A DNA stretch of 64,000 nt from Candidatus Actinomarina sp. (lineage in GTDB: Bacteria > Actinomycetota > Acidimicrobiia > Actinomarinales > Actinomarinaceae), in contig JBJKUD010000023.1 in assembly GCA_045563315.1 (NCBI GenBank), positions 914 through 64,913 on the forward strand, read 5' to 3'. Positions 10,839 through 21,600 of the stretch are shown in pieces. The translations under genes and the position numbers were made by a program. Within the stretch, counting starts at the first letter, position 1. Each line of letters starts with the position of its first letter. The notes beneath the pieces were generated by a model. It had not been told where the DNA came from. It made no database searches and saw only the letters and a list, made by a program, of their open reading frames with translations.

Positions 10839-11984
10839 ATGGCAAATAAAAAACAAATTAAATCAAAACCAAAAGCTAAAGCTACTAAGCCTAAAGCTAA
10901 AAAGACTGCTTCTAAGTCAAAGAAGCCTGTGTCAAGATCAAGTAAGAAACAAAGAGGAGTTAATCTTAATATGAGACCAAGAAATTATGCAGCTGTTATT
11001 AAAGTTATCGGTGTTGGTGGAGGCGGTACCAATGCGGTGAATAGAATGATAAAAATGGGTATTAAAGGTGTTGACTTCGTAGCATGTAACACTGATGCTC
11101 AAAGTTTACTAGGTTCAAAAGCTGATCTTAAGTTAGATCTTGGTAGAAAATCTACAAGAGGTTTAGGAGCAGGTGCTAATCCAGAAGTAGGCAGACAAGC
11201 TGCAGTAGATTCTGGGGAACTAATAAACGAAGCTTTAAAAGGTGCTGACATGGTGTTTATTGCAGCCGGTGAGGGTGGAGGAACTGGAACTGGAGCTTCT
11301 CCAATACTTGCTAACATTGCTCATGAAATGGGAGCTTTAACCGTTGGAGTTGTAACAAGACCTTTCGGTTTTGAAGGTAGAAGAAGATCTGTTCAAGCAG
11401 AAGAAGGAATCCAAGCGTTAAGAGATGTAGTAGACACACTTATTGTCATCCCGAATGATAGATTATTACAGATAAGTGATAAAGATATAAAAATAAGCGA
11501 AGCATATCTTAAGTCTGATGAAATATTAGCAAACGGAGTTAGAGGTATTACTGGTTTAATTACAAATCCTGGTGTAATAAACGTTGACTTTGCTGATGTT
11601 AAAACAATATTAAAAGATGCAGGAAATGCTGTTTTGGGAATTGGACGTTCAACTGGCGAACAAAGAGCACCAAACGCAGCTCAAGCTGCTATATCATCCC
11701 CATTGTTAGAAGCAAATATGGATGGAGCAGAAGGTGTATTGATAACAATTGCTGGATCAGAAGATCTTAAGCTTCAAGAAGTAAACGAAGCAGCAAGAGT
11801 TATTACTGAAAGAGCTGATGATAATGCTGAGATTATATTTGGCCACCTAGTTGATGAATCTTTAGGTGATGCAGTTGAAGTAACTGTGGTTGCTGCTGGA
11901 TTTGGACAAAGACCTAATAGAAGAGTATCTTCTGATTTTGATGAAAATGGGGGAGAAAATCTTCCTGATTTCATCAGAGGATGA
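10839..11984 (+). CDS. ftsZ: Cell division GTPase FtsZ (with 44-aa lysine/alanine/proline-rich N-terminal extension if translated from the first ATG; canonical core starts at in-frame ATG 10971)
   Basis: Tubulin/FtsZ signature [10 protein letters not shown], core [16 protein letters not shown]-terminal peptide LPDFIRG. Two in-frame candidate starts, each with a Shine-Dalgarno (AAGGA before 10839; GAGGAG 11 nt before 10971). Confidence 0.95.
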   Translation: MANKKQIKSKPKAKATKPKAKKTASKSKKPVSRSSKKQRGVNLNMRPRNYAAVIKVIGVGGGGTNAVNRMIKMGIKGVDFVACNTDAQSLLGSKADLKLDLGRKSTRGLGAGANPEVGRQAAVDSGELINEALKGADMVFIAAGEGGGTGTGASPILANIAHEMGALTVGVVTRPFGFEGRRRSVQAEEGIQALRDVVDTLIVIPNDRLLQISDKDIKISEAYLKSDEILANGVRGITGLITNPGVINVDFADVKTILKDAGNAVLGIGRSTGEQRAPNAAQAAISSPLLEANMDGAEGVLITIAGSEDLKLQEVNEAARVITERADDNAEIIFGHLVDESLGDAVEVTVVAAGFGQRPNRRVSSDFDENGGENLPDFIRG

Positions 11985-12553
11985 ATAATTCAAATTTAAT
12001 AAAAAACGTAGTATTTCAAAATAAGCATAAATCGCAAAAAGATCTTAATATTGGTTCGTATGCAGATATGAATCAAACCCATAGTGACGTAGTTTTAGAA
12101 ATTGACAAATACGGCAAATACGAAGCTGATGCTTTAGTTACTGAAACAGAAAACTTAAAACTTGTAGTAAAAACTGCCGATTGTATGCCTGTAATTCTAT
12201 CTGATGGTGTAAAAGTCGGAGTTATTCACATTGGATGGAAAGGTCTAGAAAATAAAATTTTTTTTAAAACAGTTAAAAAATTTAATCTTAAAAATTTAAA
12301 AATTTCCATTGGACCTCATGCACAAAAATGTTGTTATGAAATAAAAGATGACTTAGTTCAGAAATTCCCAGAATTTATATTTATCAAAGAAGATAAAAAA
12401 TATCTTGATTTAAGTAAAGAAATTGTAAATTTTTGTATTGATAATAATCTTGAATTTGAAAATTCTTCACAATGCACAATTGATAACAATTCCTTCAACT
12501 CATATCGACGTGATAAAACTAATTTAAGACAACGGAGTATGATTTGGATTTAG
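11981..12553 (+). CDS. pgeF: PgeF/YfiH family (laccase-domain) purine nucleoside phosphorylase-like protein
   Basis: Motifs ADCMPVIL and HIGWKG; conserved position directly after ftsZ in Actinobacteria. Confidence 0.75.
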   Translation: MNNSNLIKNVVFQNKHKSQKDLNIGSYADMNQTHSDVVLEIDKYGKYEADALVTETENLKLVVKTADCMPVILSDGVKVGVIHIGWKGLENKIFFKTVKKFNLKNLKISIGPHAQKCCYEIKDDLVQKFPEFIFIKEDKKYLDLSKEIVNFCIDNNLEFENSSQCTIDNNSFNSYRRDKTNLRQRSMIWI

Positions 12554-13158
12554 ATAAATTAAATGAAATTTTGGAGTTAGTTAAAAAATATAACTCTAAA
12601 CTCCTTCCTGTAATTAAAGGAAGAAATAAAAGTGATATTTTACAAATTTATAATCAAGGATTTAGAGAATTCGGAGAAAACAGATTAGATGAATTATCAG
12701 ATCATAAAATCTTTTTGCCAGAGGCAAGCTTCCATTTTATTGCTCCTCTTCAATCAAGAAAAATTAATCAAATTATGGAAAATTGTAGTTCTATTCACAC
12801 TGTATATAGATCCAAAGAAATTCAAGCCATAAATAAATCTTATAATAATCAAGATATTTTTGTTCAAATTAATATTGATGAAGACCCTAATAAAAGTGGA
12901 ATTCAAATTAGTGCAGTAGATGAATTTTTTTACAATTTTAAAAATTTAAATTTTTTTCCAACCGGAATTATGTGCATACCTAGTTTGAAAACTGACCCTA
13001 AAAGTTCATTCAGCAAAATGTATAAGATTAATGAGAAACTAAAAAAAGATTTTAAATTATATAAAGGAGAATTATCAATGGGAATGTCAGGGGATTATAA
13101 AATAGCCCTGGATTATGGTGCTACAATAATACGTATAGGTAGTAAAATTTTTAACTAA
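12544..13158 (+). CDS. yggS: YggS/YlmE family PLP-binding homeostasis protein
   Basis: FGENRLDEL and HFIAPLQSRK motifs; conserved position after yfiH. Confidence 0.8.
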   Translation: MDLDKLNEILELVKKYNSKLLPVIKGRNKSDILQIYNQGFREFGENRLDELSDHKIFLPEASFHFIAPLQSRKINQIMENCSSIHTVYRSKEIQAINKSYNNQDIFVQINIDEDPNKSGIQISAVDEFFYNFKNLNFFPTGIMCIPSLKTDPKSSFSKMYKINEKLKKDFKLYKGELSMGMSGDYKIALDYGATIIRIGSKIFN

Positions 13159-13595
13159 TGCTAGAAAAATTCTTAATTTCAATCGGTTTAAAACAACCAG
13201 AATATGTTGAAGAAATCATTAATGAAAAAACACGCACAGTTCGTCCCTTATCAGAAAATAGATTTGAAAATGAAGATTACACAGGTGATTTAAAAATCCA
13301 CCAACCAAAAGATGAGGTTGAAATAAAAGTTTTAAGGTCTTTTAATGATAGCCATCTTATCGGTCCACCTATAAAAGAAGGATATATTGTTGCTGTAGAC
13401 ATTAGAGATATTAGTGATCAAAATATTAGACAAAGAATAGTTGATTTTATTACTGGAATTGCTTTTATTAGTGATTCAAAAATGAGAATTATTCATAAGG
13501 ATGGTGTTTACTTGGTTATGCCTTCAAATATGTCACTTCCATCCACTGAACGAGAGAGGTTGCAAACTCTTGGTCTATATAAAATAAATGTGTAG
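13158..13595 (+). CDS. sepF: Cell division protein SepF
   Basis: C-terminal SepF domain (KVLRSFND...VDFITGIAFI...GVYLVMPSN); conserved position. Confidence 0.8.
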   Translation: MLEKFLISIGLKQPEYVEEIINEKTRTVRPLSENRFENEDYTGDLKIHQPKDEVEIKVLRSFNDSHLIGPPIKEGYIVAVDIRDISDQNIRQRIVDFITGIAFISDSKMRIIHKDGVYLVMPSNMSLPSTERERLQTLGLYKINV

Positions 13596-13854
13596 TTTAT
13601 TTTTACTGGGATTTAGGCTTTTAAGCTATTCATTATTTTTATGGATCATTCTAAGCTGGATACAAGTATCTGACGATCACCCAATTGGACAATTAAAAAT
13701 GATTTTGGATCGCTTTTACGGAAGACTATTAGAGCCGATAAGAAGTAGAATTGGTCCACTTAGAATAGGAATGGCGGGAATTGATTTATCTCCAATAGTT
13801 CTAATATTAGGAATTAATTTTCTTCAACCAATTATTCTGAGATTTGTTTGTTAA
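13588..13854 (+). CDS. yggT: YggT/YlmG family small membrane protein
   Basis: 88 aa, two TM helices, located directly after sepF as in Actinobacteria and Firmicutes. Confidence 0.6.
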   Translation: MCSLFLLGFRLLSYSLFLWIILSWIQVSDDHPIGQLKMILDRFYGRLLEPIRSRIGPLRIGMAGIDLSPIVLILGINFLQPIILRFVC

Positions 13855-16800
13855 ATTTTTTCAATAACTGTATCTAATTTAAAATCTAACAACATATTGG
13901 TTGCCTTTTGATCAATTAAATTAATTTCACTAGCAAGAGTTTCTTTTGAAATATAGTCACTAAAAACTTTGAAGCTTTCCTTTGCTTTTTCATCATCAGT
14001 TATAATATTTAGTTTTATTCGATCAGTTATGTCAAACTTCATATCTTTTCTTTGATTTTGCACAATTGATACAATCTCTCTAGATATTCTTTCATAAAAT
14101 AATTGATCTGATATTTGAGTGTCTATATTAATGCTAAATTCTTCGATTATTTCATGACTATCTGATTCGTTTACCTTAACAAGTCTCATATCTAAATCAC
14201 TTACAGAAATCTTATAATTTTTAAAAGACATATCTTCATTTTTAATTAATTCTTTAATATCTTTTTGTTTAAGTTTTTTTAAGTAACTAGCAAGATTTGT
14301 AATTTCACTCCCTAATTTCGGACCTAACTTTGAGAAATCTGGTTTACATTCATATTTAAACCAATCATCGACTTCATTTATAAAATCAATGTTTTTTAAA
14401 TTAAGTTCATCCAATATTATTTCTTTTACACTTTCAATATTTTTAACTAGCTCATCATTGTTTGATATTATTAAAATTTTTTCCAATGGTTGTTTATTAG
14501 GAATATTTAAATTTAATCTTATATTTCTGGCTGTTTTGATAATTTTTTTAGCAATAGTTATTTGTTCTTCTAGTTCCACATTAATTAACTGAGTTTTGGC
14601 CTCAGGATAATTTTCGAGATGAATGCTTGAGTCTTCTTCTTGTAACAGTCCTTGATATATTTCTTCACAAATAAATGGAAGAACAGGCGCCATTGTTTTA
14701 GAAAACTCTAAAAGAACTTCATGTAAAGTTTTAAAAGCATTTAATTTATCAATATCATTAACATCTTTTTCTTTCCAAAATCGTTTTCGATTTGTTCTAA
14801 CATACCAATTTGTAAGCTCATCAATAAAGTCTATTAGTGGAGGTATTACTTCATAAAGATAGTAATTTTCCATTTTTTCATTAACGGTTTTTATAAGTGA
14901 TTGAAGGCTCGAAATGATCCATTGATCCATTAAAGCTCTTTCTTCTACTGGAGCAGCCTTATTTAATTCTTCAATTGTTATATTGTCTGCATTTGCATAA
15001 TTTGAGAAAAATGAAAAGCTATTCCATAAGGGTAAAATTACATTTCTAGTAACGAGTTTTACACCTTCTTCTGAAAATTTTAAAGGCTCTCCTCTAACAA
15101 CAGGCGAATTTATCAAGTATGCTCTTAAGCTATCACCACCATACTTGTCTAGTAAATCTTCGGGATCAGGATAATTCTTTAAACTTTTGCTCATTTTTCT
15201 GCCATCTTCAGCAAGGATCATTCCTGTAGTAATACAATTTTTGAAAGCAACAGAATCAAAAAGAGAAACTGCCAAAACAGTTAATGTATAAAACCAACCT
15301 CTCGTTTGATCAAGTCCTTCGGCAATAAAGTCAGCAGGAAAACCGTCCATAAAATTTTCTGAATTTTCAAACGGATAATGTTGTTGACCGTATGGCATTG
15401 AGCCAGATTCAAACCAACAATCTAATACTTCAGGGGTTCTTGTGTATGTTTTACCATCTATTTCAATTTTTATTTCATCTAAAAAATGTTTATGTAAGTC
15501 ATCTACTTCTACTCCTGAAAGTTCCTTAAGTTGCTCTATCGAACCAACGCAGATTATGTCATCAGGATCATCATCATTTATCCATATTGGAATACAGCTT
15601 CCCCAGTATCTATTTCTACTAATAGCCCAATCTCTCGCATCAGCTAACCAGTTTGAGAAACGTTTCTCACCTATAAATCCAGGAACCCAATGTGTTTGAG
15701 AATTAAGTTCCACCATTCGATCGCTTATTTTTTCAACATTTACAAACCATGTTGGTATAGCTTTATAAATTAATGGAGTACCTGTTCTCCAGCAAAAAGG
15801 ATAAGAATGCATTTCTCTTTTTGAGCTGAAAAGTAACCCTCTGTCATCCAGTTGTTTAATAATTACATTGTCTGCTTCCTTTACATTTAAATCTTCGAGC
15901 CCCGCTACAGATTGATCAAACTTACCAGCCAATGTTACCGGATCAACTATTACGGTTATTCCTGCATTTTTTAAACAATAGAAATCACTTTCACCATAAG
16001 AAGGAGCTTGAGAAACCAAACCAGAACCTGATCCCGTATTTGTATCATCACTATGAATTAATTTAAAAGCTTTTCCTATATTTTCCTTTTCAAATTCAGA
16101 ATATGCGGGTACATACTCTCCTCCAATCATATTTTCACCATCACATGAAACTATCACTGAATAATCATAATTGTCCAGTTCATGCAATCTTTCAGTCGCA
16201 ATCCAATAATGATGACTATCAATTTTCACTCTTGAATAATTAATATTTCTTCCTACTGCAATTGCTAAATTTGCAGGTATACACCAGGGAGTTGTTGTCC
16301 ATACAAGAAAATAGTCACCTTTTTTAATATCGTTAAAGTCATTTCTTGCTTTCAGCTTAAAGAAAATTGAAGGGTCTTCAACATCTCTATAATCCATATT
16401 TGCTTCAAAATTAGAAAGAGGCGTTGACGCAGCCCATGAATATGGAAGAACTTTATAATCTTTATAAATTAGGCCTTTATCAAAGAGCTCTTTAAATACC
16501 CACCAAACGCTTTCCATGAACCCAACGTCCATTGTTTTGTAATCATTTTCAAAATCAACCCATCTACCAATCTTTCTTGTTATCTTCTCCCAGTTCTCAG
16601 TATTAGTTTGTACTTGAGATCTACAAGCTTCATTAAATTTATCAATTCCGTAATCATCAATATCTTGGGGGTCTTCTAATCCAAGTTCTTTTTGTACTTC
16701 CATTTCAATTGGAAGTCCATGGACATCCCACCCAAAACGTCTCTCAACAAAGTAACCCCTCATAGTCCAATATCTAGGAACAATATCTTTTATTACTCCG

Positions 16801-16982
16801 GCAAGTAAATTACCATAATGCGGGCTTCCAGTTGGAAAAGGTGGCCCATCATAAAACCTGAAAACTTTCGAATCTTTTCGTATGTCTAAAGATTTTTCGA
16901 AAGCATTAATTTCATTCCAATAGTCAGAAATTTTGTTTTCATTTTCCGCAAAATTAATGTTGTTGTTAATTCTTTTGAACAT
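13851..16982 (-). CDS. ileS: Isoleucine--tRNA ligase (long, type-2/actinobacterial-like form, 1043 aa)
   Basis: Class I aaRS HYGN (HIGH-type) motif PHYGNLL, KMSKS motif (KMSKSLKN), editing domain, overall length 1043 aa. Confidence 0.97.
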   Translation of the reverse strand: MFKRINNNINFAENENKISDYWNEINAFEKSLDIRKDSKVFRFYDGPPFPTGSPHYGNLLAGVIKDIVPRYWTMRGYFVERRFGWDVHGLPIEMEVQKELGLEDPQDIDDYGIDKFNEACRSQVQTNTENWEKITRKIGRWVDFENDYKTMDVGFMESVWWVFKELFDKGLIYKDYKVLPYSWAASTPLSNFEANMDYRDVEDPSIFFKLKARNDFNDIKKGDYFLVWTTTPWCIPANLAIAVGRNINYSRVKIDSHHYWIATERLHELDNYDYSVIVSCDGENMIGGEYVPAYSEFEKENIGKAFKLIHSDDTNTGSGSGLVSQAPSYGESDFYCLKNAGITVIVDPVTLAGKFDQSVAGLEDLNVKEADNVIIKQLDDRGLLFSSKREMHSYPFCWRTGTPLIYKAIPTWFVNVEKISDRMVELNSQTHWVPGFIGEKRFSNWLADARDWAISRNRYWGSCIPIWINDDDPDDIICVGSIEQLKELSGVEVDDLHKHFLDEIKIEIDGKTYTRTPEVLDCWFESGSMPYGQQHYPFENSENFMDGFPADFIAEGLDQTRGWFYTLTVLAVSLFDSVAFKNCITTGMILAEDGRKMSKSLKNYPDPEDLLDKYGGDSLRAYLINSPVVRGEPLKFSEEGVKLVTRNVILPLWNSFSFFSNYANADNITIEELNKAAPVEERALMDQWIISSLQSLIKTVNEKMENYYLYEVIPPLIDFIDELTNWYVRTNRKRFWKEKDVNDIDKLNAFKTLHEVLLEFSKTMAPVLPFICEEIYQGLLQEEDSSIHLENYPEAKTQLINVELEEQITIAKKIIKTARNIRLNLNIPNKQPLEKILIISNNDELVKNIESVKEIILDELNLKNIDFINEVDDWFKYECKPDFSKLGPKLGSEITNLASYLKKLKQKDIKELIKNEDMSFKNYKISVSDLDMRLVKVNESDSHEIIEEFSINIDTQISDQLFYERISREIVSIVQNQRKDMKFDITDRIKLNIITDDEKAKESFKVFSDYISKETLASEINLIDQKATNMLLDFKLDTVIEKI

Positions 16983-17103
16983 ATCCTTAGAATTTTAATG
17001 TTTATTCAATAAAAGACTTATTTTTTTACATATTTATAATTATTTAAAATATCTTTTTTTTAATTAAAATTTTACTAATATACGTTCAACAATAAAAATA
17101 TAT

Positions 17104-17481
17104 ATGGCTAGAAAACTTTCACAAAATACAGTTAATAAATTTAAAAAAAGGCTTGAAGCTGAACGAGAGCAGCTTTTATCGATGTTAGAACAACATCAAG
17201 AAGAAAGGGAAAAAATCAGGCTTTCTGAAGCATCAGCCGAAAGAAGTCCTGATCCTTCTTCAGCAGATGGAGGATCTATGGCTTTTGAGCTTGAAAAAGA
17301 ACTCACACTTGATGAAAACACTAAACATTTGCTCAACCAAGTTGAACATGCTCTTTCTCTAATTAAAAAGAAAAAGTATGGAAATTGTGAAAATTGTGGC
17401 GAACCTATTCCAGTAGCAAGACTTGAGGCTCTGCCTTACGCAACCTTACGCAAAGAGTGTGCTGAATTACTTGATTCTTAA
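17104..17481 (+). CDS. DksA/TraR-family C4 zinc-finger protein
   Basis: C-terminal CENCGEPIP...CAEL four-Cys finger preceded by a coiled-coil region; same position (between ileS and lspA) as the TraR/DksA gene of Streptomyces and Corynebacterium. Confidence 0.8.
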   Translation: MARKLSQNTVNKFKKRLEAEREQLLSMLEQHQEEREKIRLSEASAERSPDPSSADGGSMAFELEKELTLDENTKHLLNQVEHALSLIKKKKYGNCENCGEPIPVARLEALPYATLRKECAELLDS

Positions 17482-17935
17482 GCATAATAAAAAACCTTTA
17501 ATTATCTCAGTATGTCTAGGAATTTTAGATAATATTCTAAAAACATATATACGTTCAAACGATTTTAGTGATTTAGTAATAATTGAAAATGTTTTAGAAA
17601 TTGATCTTAATTACAATACTGGAATTGCTTTTGGATTTTTAAAAGATCAAGCTTCATTTACTTTTATTCTATCCGTAACAGTCTTAATATGGCTAATTTT
17701 TCAATTCAAGAATAAATTTAATAACAGAATTGAAGAGTATGCTTTTGTATTAGTTTTAGGTGGAGCTTTTGGTAATTTGGGTGAAAGGTTTGTTAATCTT
17801 ATTAACGGTAATGATGGAAAAGTTACAGATTTCATCGAATTATTGTTTATCCCATCATTTAATCTTGCTGATGCATTTATAAGTGTAGGAATATTCTTAT
17901 TACTCTTATCGGAGCTAATCGATAAGAGTGATTGA
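17471..17935 (+). CDS. lspA: Lipoprotein signal peptidase II LspA (start probably TTG 17471; the ATG at 17423 would overlap the dksA-like gene by 59 nt)
   Basis: LspA signature NTGIAFGFL and FNLADAFISVG. Start-site choice is inference. Confidence 0.85.
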   Translation: MILKHNKKPLIISVCLGILDNILKTYIRSNDFSDLVIIENVLEIDLNYNTGIAFGFLKDQASFTFILSVTVLIWLIFQFKNKFNNRIEEYAFVLVLGGAFGNLGERFVNLINGNDGKVTDFIELLFIPSFNLADAFISVGIFLLLLSELIDKSD

Positions 17936-18590
17936 AATTATTTACAAAAACGATGATTTTATTGTTTTCAACAAACCAAATGGTGTTTTGACACACCCTG
18001 TAAATTCAGATTCAGGGATTTCTGTTCGTGACAAATTGTTAGAAATTAAACCTTCAATAAAAGATTGGGGGATTGAAAACAGGGAAGGAATTGTTCATAG
18101 ATTAGATAAAGTAACTTCTGGAGTTATCGTTGGTGCGTTAAACCTAGAAACTTTTATTTATTTACAATCATTATTTAAAGAAAGAAAAGTTTATAAAGAA
18201 TATTCATGCTTGGTTGAGGGTCATTTAAAAACCCAATCTGGTGTTATTGAATTACCACTATCAAAATCAAAACAAAATAAAATTAAACGAGCTGTGAGCA
18301 ATGAAGGAAAGCTTTCAACCTCTCACTTTGAGGTTATTGAAGAATTTAAAAACTTTAGCAAATTAAAAATCAATTTAATTACTGGAAGAAATCATCAAAT
18401 TAGATCTCAAATGGAGTATTTAGGTAATCCCATCATTAATGATATTTTATACAGTGCACAAAAAGTTAAATCGTTAAATAATGATCAAATTTGCTTAGTG
18501 TCTAAAAAACTTAAATTTAATCATAAAAATAATGATTATGAATTCGAAGCTGATGAACCAGATTTTTTTAATGCACTCATAAATGTTTAA
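17928..18590 (+). CDS. RluA-family pseudouridine synthase
   Basis: Catalytic HRLDKVTSGVIV motif; conserved position after lspA. Confidence 0.8.
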   Translation: MIEIIYKNDDFIVFNKPNGVLTHPVNSDSGISVRDKLLEIKPSIKDWGIENREGIVHRLDKVTSGVIVGALNLETFIYLQSLFKERKVYKEYSCLVEGHLKTQSGVIELPLSKSKQNKIKRAVSNEGKLSTSHFEVIEEFKNFSKLKINLITGRNHQIRSQMEYLGNPIINDILYSAQKVKSLNNDQICLVSKKLKFNHKNNDYEFEADEPDFFNALINV

Positions 18591-18617
18591 TTGAGATAAA
18601 TCATTTAAAATAAATTT

Positions 18618-21600
18618 ATGGAAAATTCATTTGTTCACCTTCATGCACATACAGAATATTCTATGCTTGATGGCGCTGCAAAAATTGACTCTTTTTTAAA
18701 TCGTATTGTGGAATTAAATCAGCCAGGCGCTGCTATTACAGATCATGGTAATTTGTATGGTGCACTTGAATTTCATAATTCAGCTATAAAAAAAGAGCTT
18801 AAACCCATCATAGGTTATGAAGCTTATGTCATTGAAGGAAGCAGATATGAAAAACCTGACAGAGATAAAAATAAAAGATTTCATTTAACACTTCTTGCAG
18901 AGAATACAGAAGGTTATTGGAATCTTGTCGAAATAGCAAGTAAAGCTTACACACAAGGATACTATTACAAACCAAGGGTTGATTACGAGCTCTTAAAAGA
19001 ACATAGCAATGGAATTATTGCACTTTCTGGTTGTCTTGGTGGAGAAATTGCTCAATTGCTAGCTCCTGATGCCTCGAGAGAAGAAGGTAACCAAGGTCAA
19101 GAAAGAAGTTTTGATCGGGCTTTAGAAAAAGCTATCTTCTATCAAAATTTATTTGGCAAAGACAACTTCTACATCGAAATTATGAATCATGGAATACAAC
19201 AACAAGAAGAAATTCTTCCTGATTTATTAAAAATATCAGATACAATTTCAGCACCATTGGTTGCAACTAATGATTCCCATTATGTTCATGACACTGACTC
19301 ATCAGCGCACGACGCTTTATTATGTGTTCAAACTAATGCAACTTTAGACGACGAGAGCAGATTCAAATTTGACGGTAGTGGGTATTTCATAAAATCTTCT
19401 GAGGATATGAGGAAATTGTTTCCAAATAGTGATTTTCCAGATGCTTGTAACAATACCCTAAAAATACTTGATAGAGTTCATTACGAGTTCGAAAAAGATG
19501 CTTATTATTTACCAGACTTTCCAATTGAAGACAATTCTCAAAATGCAGAGGAATTTTTAAAAGACAAAGTCTTTGAGGGTGCAAAAATTTTATATGGAGA
19601 TTTAAATGATGAACTTGAAAATAGAATAAATTACGAACTTGAAGTTATAAACACCATGGGTTTCGCATCTTATTTTCTGATTGTTGGAGATTTAATTAAT
19701 TATGCAAAATCAAAAGGAATCAGAACAGGGGCAGGAAGAGGCTCTGCTGCAGGATCTATTGTTTCATATTGCCTCGGTATAACTGGTATTGAGCCACTGA
19801 AGTATGGCCTTTTATTTGAACGTTTTCTAAATAAAGGTAGAAAAGAATTACCAGACATAGATATGGATTTTGACGAACGTTACCGGAATGATGTGATTGA
19901 TTATGTTTCAGAGAAATATGGTAATGATAGAGTCGCCCATATAGTTACATTTGCAACTATAAAAGCAAAACAAGCAATAAGAGATTCAGCTAGAGTGTTA
20001 GGACTTCCATTTTCATCAGGTGACAAGGTAGCTAAATTGATGCCACCAATGATCTTAGGTATCTCAGCGACTTTAGGAGAGTGCCTTGATAAAGACGATA
20101 CAACACAAAGTGGTTACAGCAAAGAATTCTATGCAGCTTCATCAGAATTGAGAAAAGAATATAAAGAAAGCGCAGAAGTTAAAAAAATAATTGACATTGC
20201 TCGAGGGCTCGAGGGTTTAAGAAGGCAGGATGGAATTCATGCAGCCGCAGTTGTAATTTCTCCTGATAAGTTAACTAAATTTTTACCAATTCAGCAAAAA
20301 GGGGCTGGAGCAGAATTAGTTACACAATACGAAATGCATACAGTTGAACAGCTTGGTTTGTTAAAAATGGATTTTCTTGGACTTAGAAATCTCTCAATTA
20401 TTGATCGTGCCTTAGAGTTAATCAATAACAATTCCTTAGATATTGATGATATTGATCTTAATGATGAAGCTACATATCAGCTATTTTCAGAAGGCAAAAT
20501 GACAGGTGTTTTTCAGCTTGAAAGTCGGATTGCTCAATCAGTTTCAAGAAACTTAAAACCTAAAAGGTTTGAGGACCTCGTTGCTTTAGTTGCATTAATT
20601 AGACCCGGACCTTTGGGTGCAGGTATGCATACAGAATTTGCTGAAAGAGCTACTGGTAGAAAAGAAATTGAATATCTTCATAATGACTTAAAAGAAATTT
20701 TAGAAGAAACATACGGTGTTATTTTATATCAAGAACAAGTTATGCAAATAGCTCAAAGAATATCAGGTTTTGAGTTAGACGAGGCAGACGATTTAAGAAA
20801 AGCAATGGGTAAGAAAATTCCAAAAGTAATGGAGCAACAAAGAAATAAATTTACAGACGGAGCATTAAAAAATGGCTATTCAGAACAGTTTGCAGAAGAA
20901 CTTTTTGATCAAATAGCATATTTTGCAGGTTATGGCTTTAACAAGAGCCATTCAGTTCCTTATGCCTTATTAGCCTATCAAACTGCTTTTTTAAAATCTA
21001 ACTACCCAGCTGAATATTTGTCTGCATGTTTAACTGCAGTCAAAAGAGACAAAGACAGAACAGCAATCTTTTTATCTGAAGCGCGTGAAATGGGAGTTAA
21101 GGTGAATACACCAGATATAAATTTAAGCTCTGAAGATTTTTCAGTGACTAATGGAGAAATCTTATTTGGTTTATCCGCAATTCGCAATGTTGGAGATGTA
21201 ACCGCACAAAAAATTATTATTGAAAGGCAAAATTCAAATTATGAAAATATTGAAGATTTTTTAACAAGGATGGACTCAAGGTCTTTAAACAAGAGAGGGA
21301 TAGAGGCCCTTGTTCAAGGTGGAGCATTTGATAAATTTGGATTTCCAAGGAAAGGTATATTTGAAAAAATTATAGATTTAATTGAAGATGCAAAAGAATT
21401 AAAATCTAACAAAAATAGTGCGCAAGGTTCGTTATTTGAATTTGATGATAATGGAGGTAACAAAACCATCATTCAAGATGTTGAATGGGATAAAAAGGAA
21501 TATTTAAATCGTGAAAGAGAGATGCTAGGCTTCTTCGTGAGTGAAGATCCACTTGATGGCTATGGAGAAGTATTAAGATCAGAATCATCTCATTCGATTA

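Noticed and set aside
16983-17103. Looked for a T-box leader upstream of ileS (ileS is the classic T-box-regulated gene in Actinobacteria)
   Set aside because: The ileS upstream spacer is only 121 nt, almost pure A/T, and contains no AGGGTGGNACCGCG-type T-box core or GC-rich terminator/sequestrator helices. No T-box is present here.
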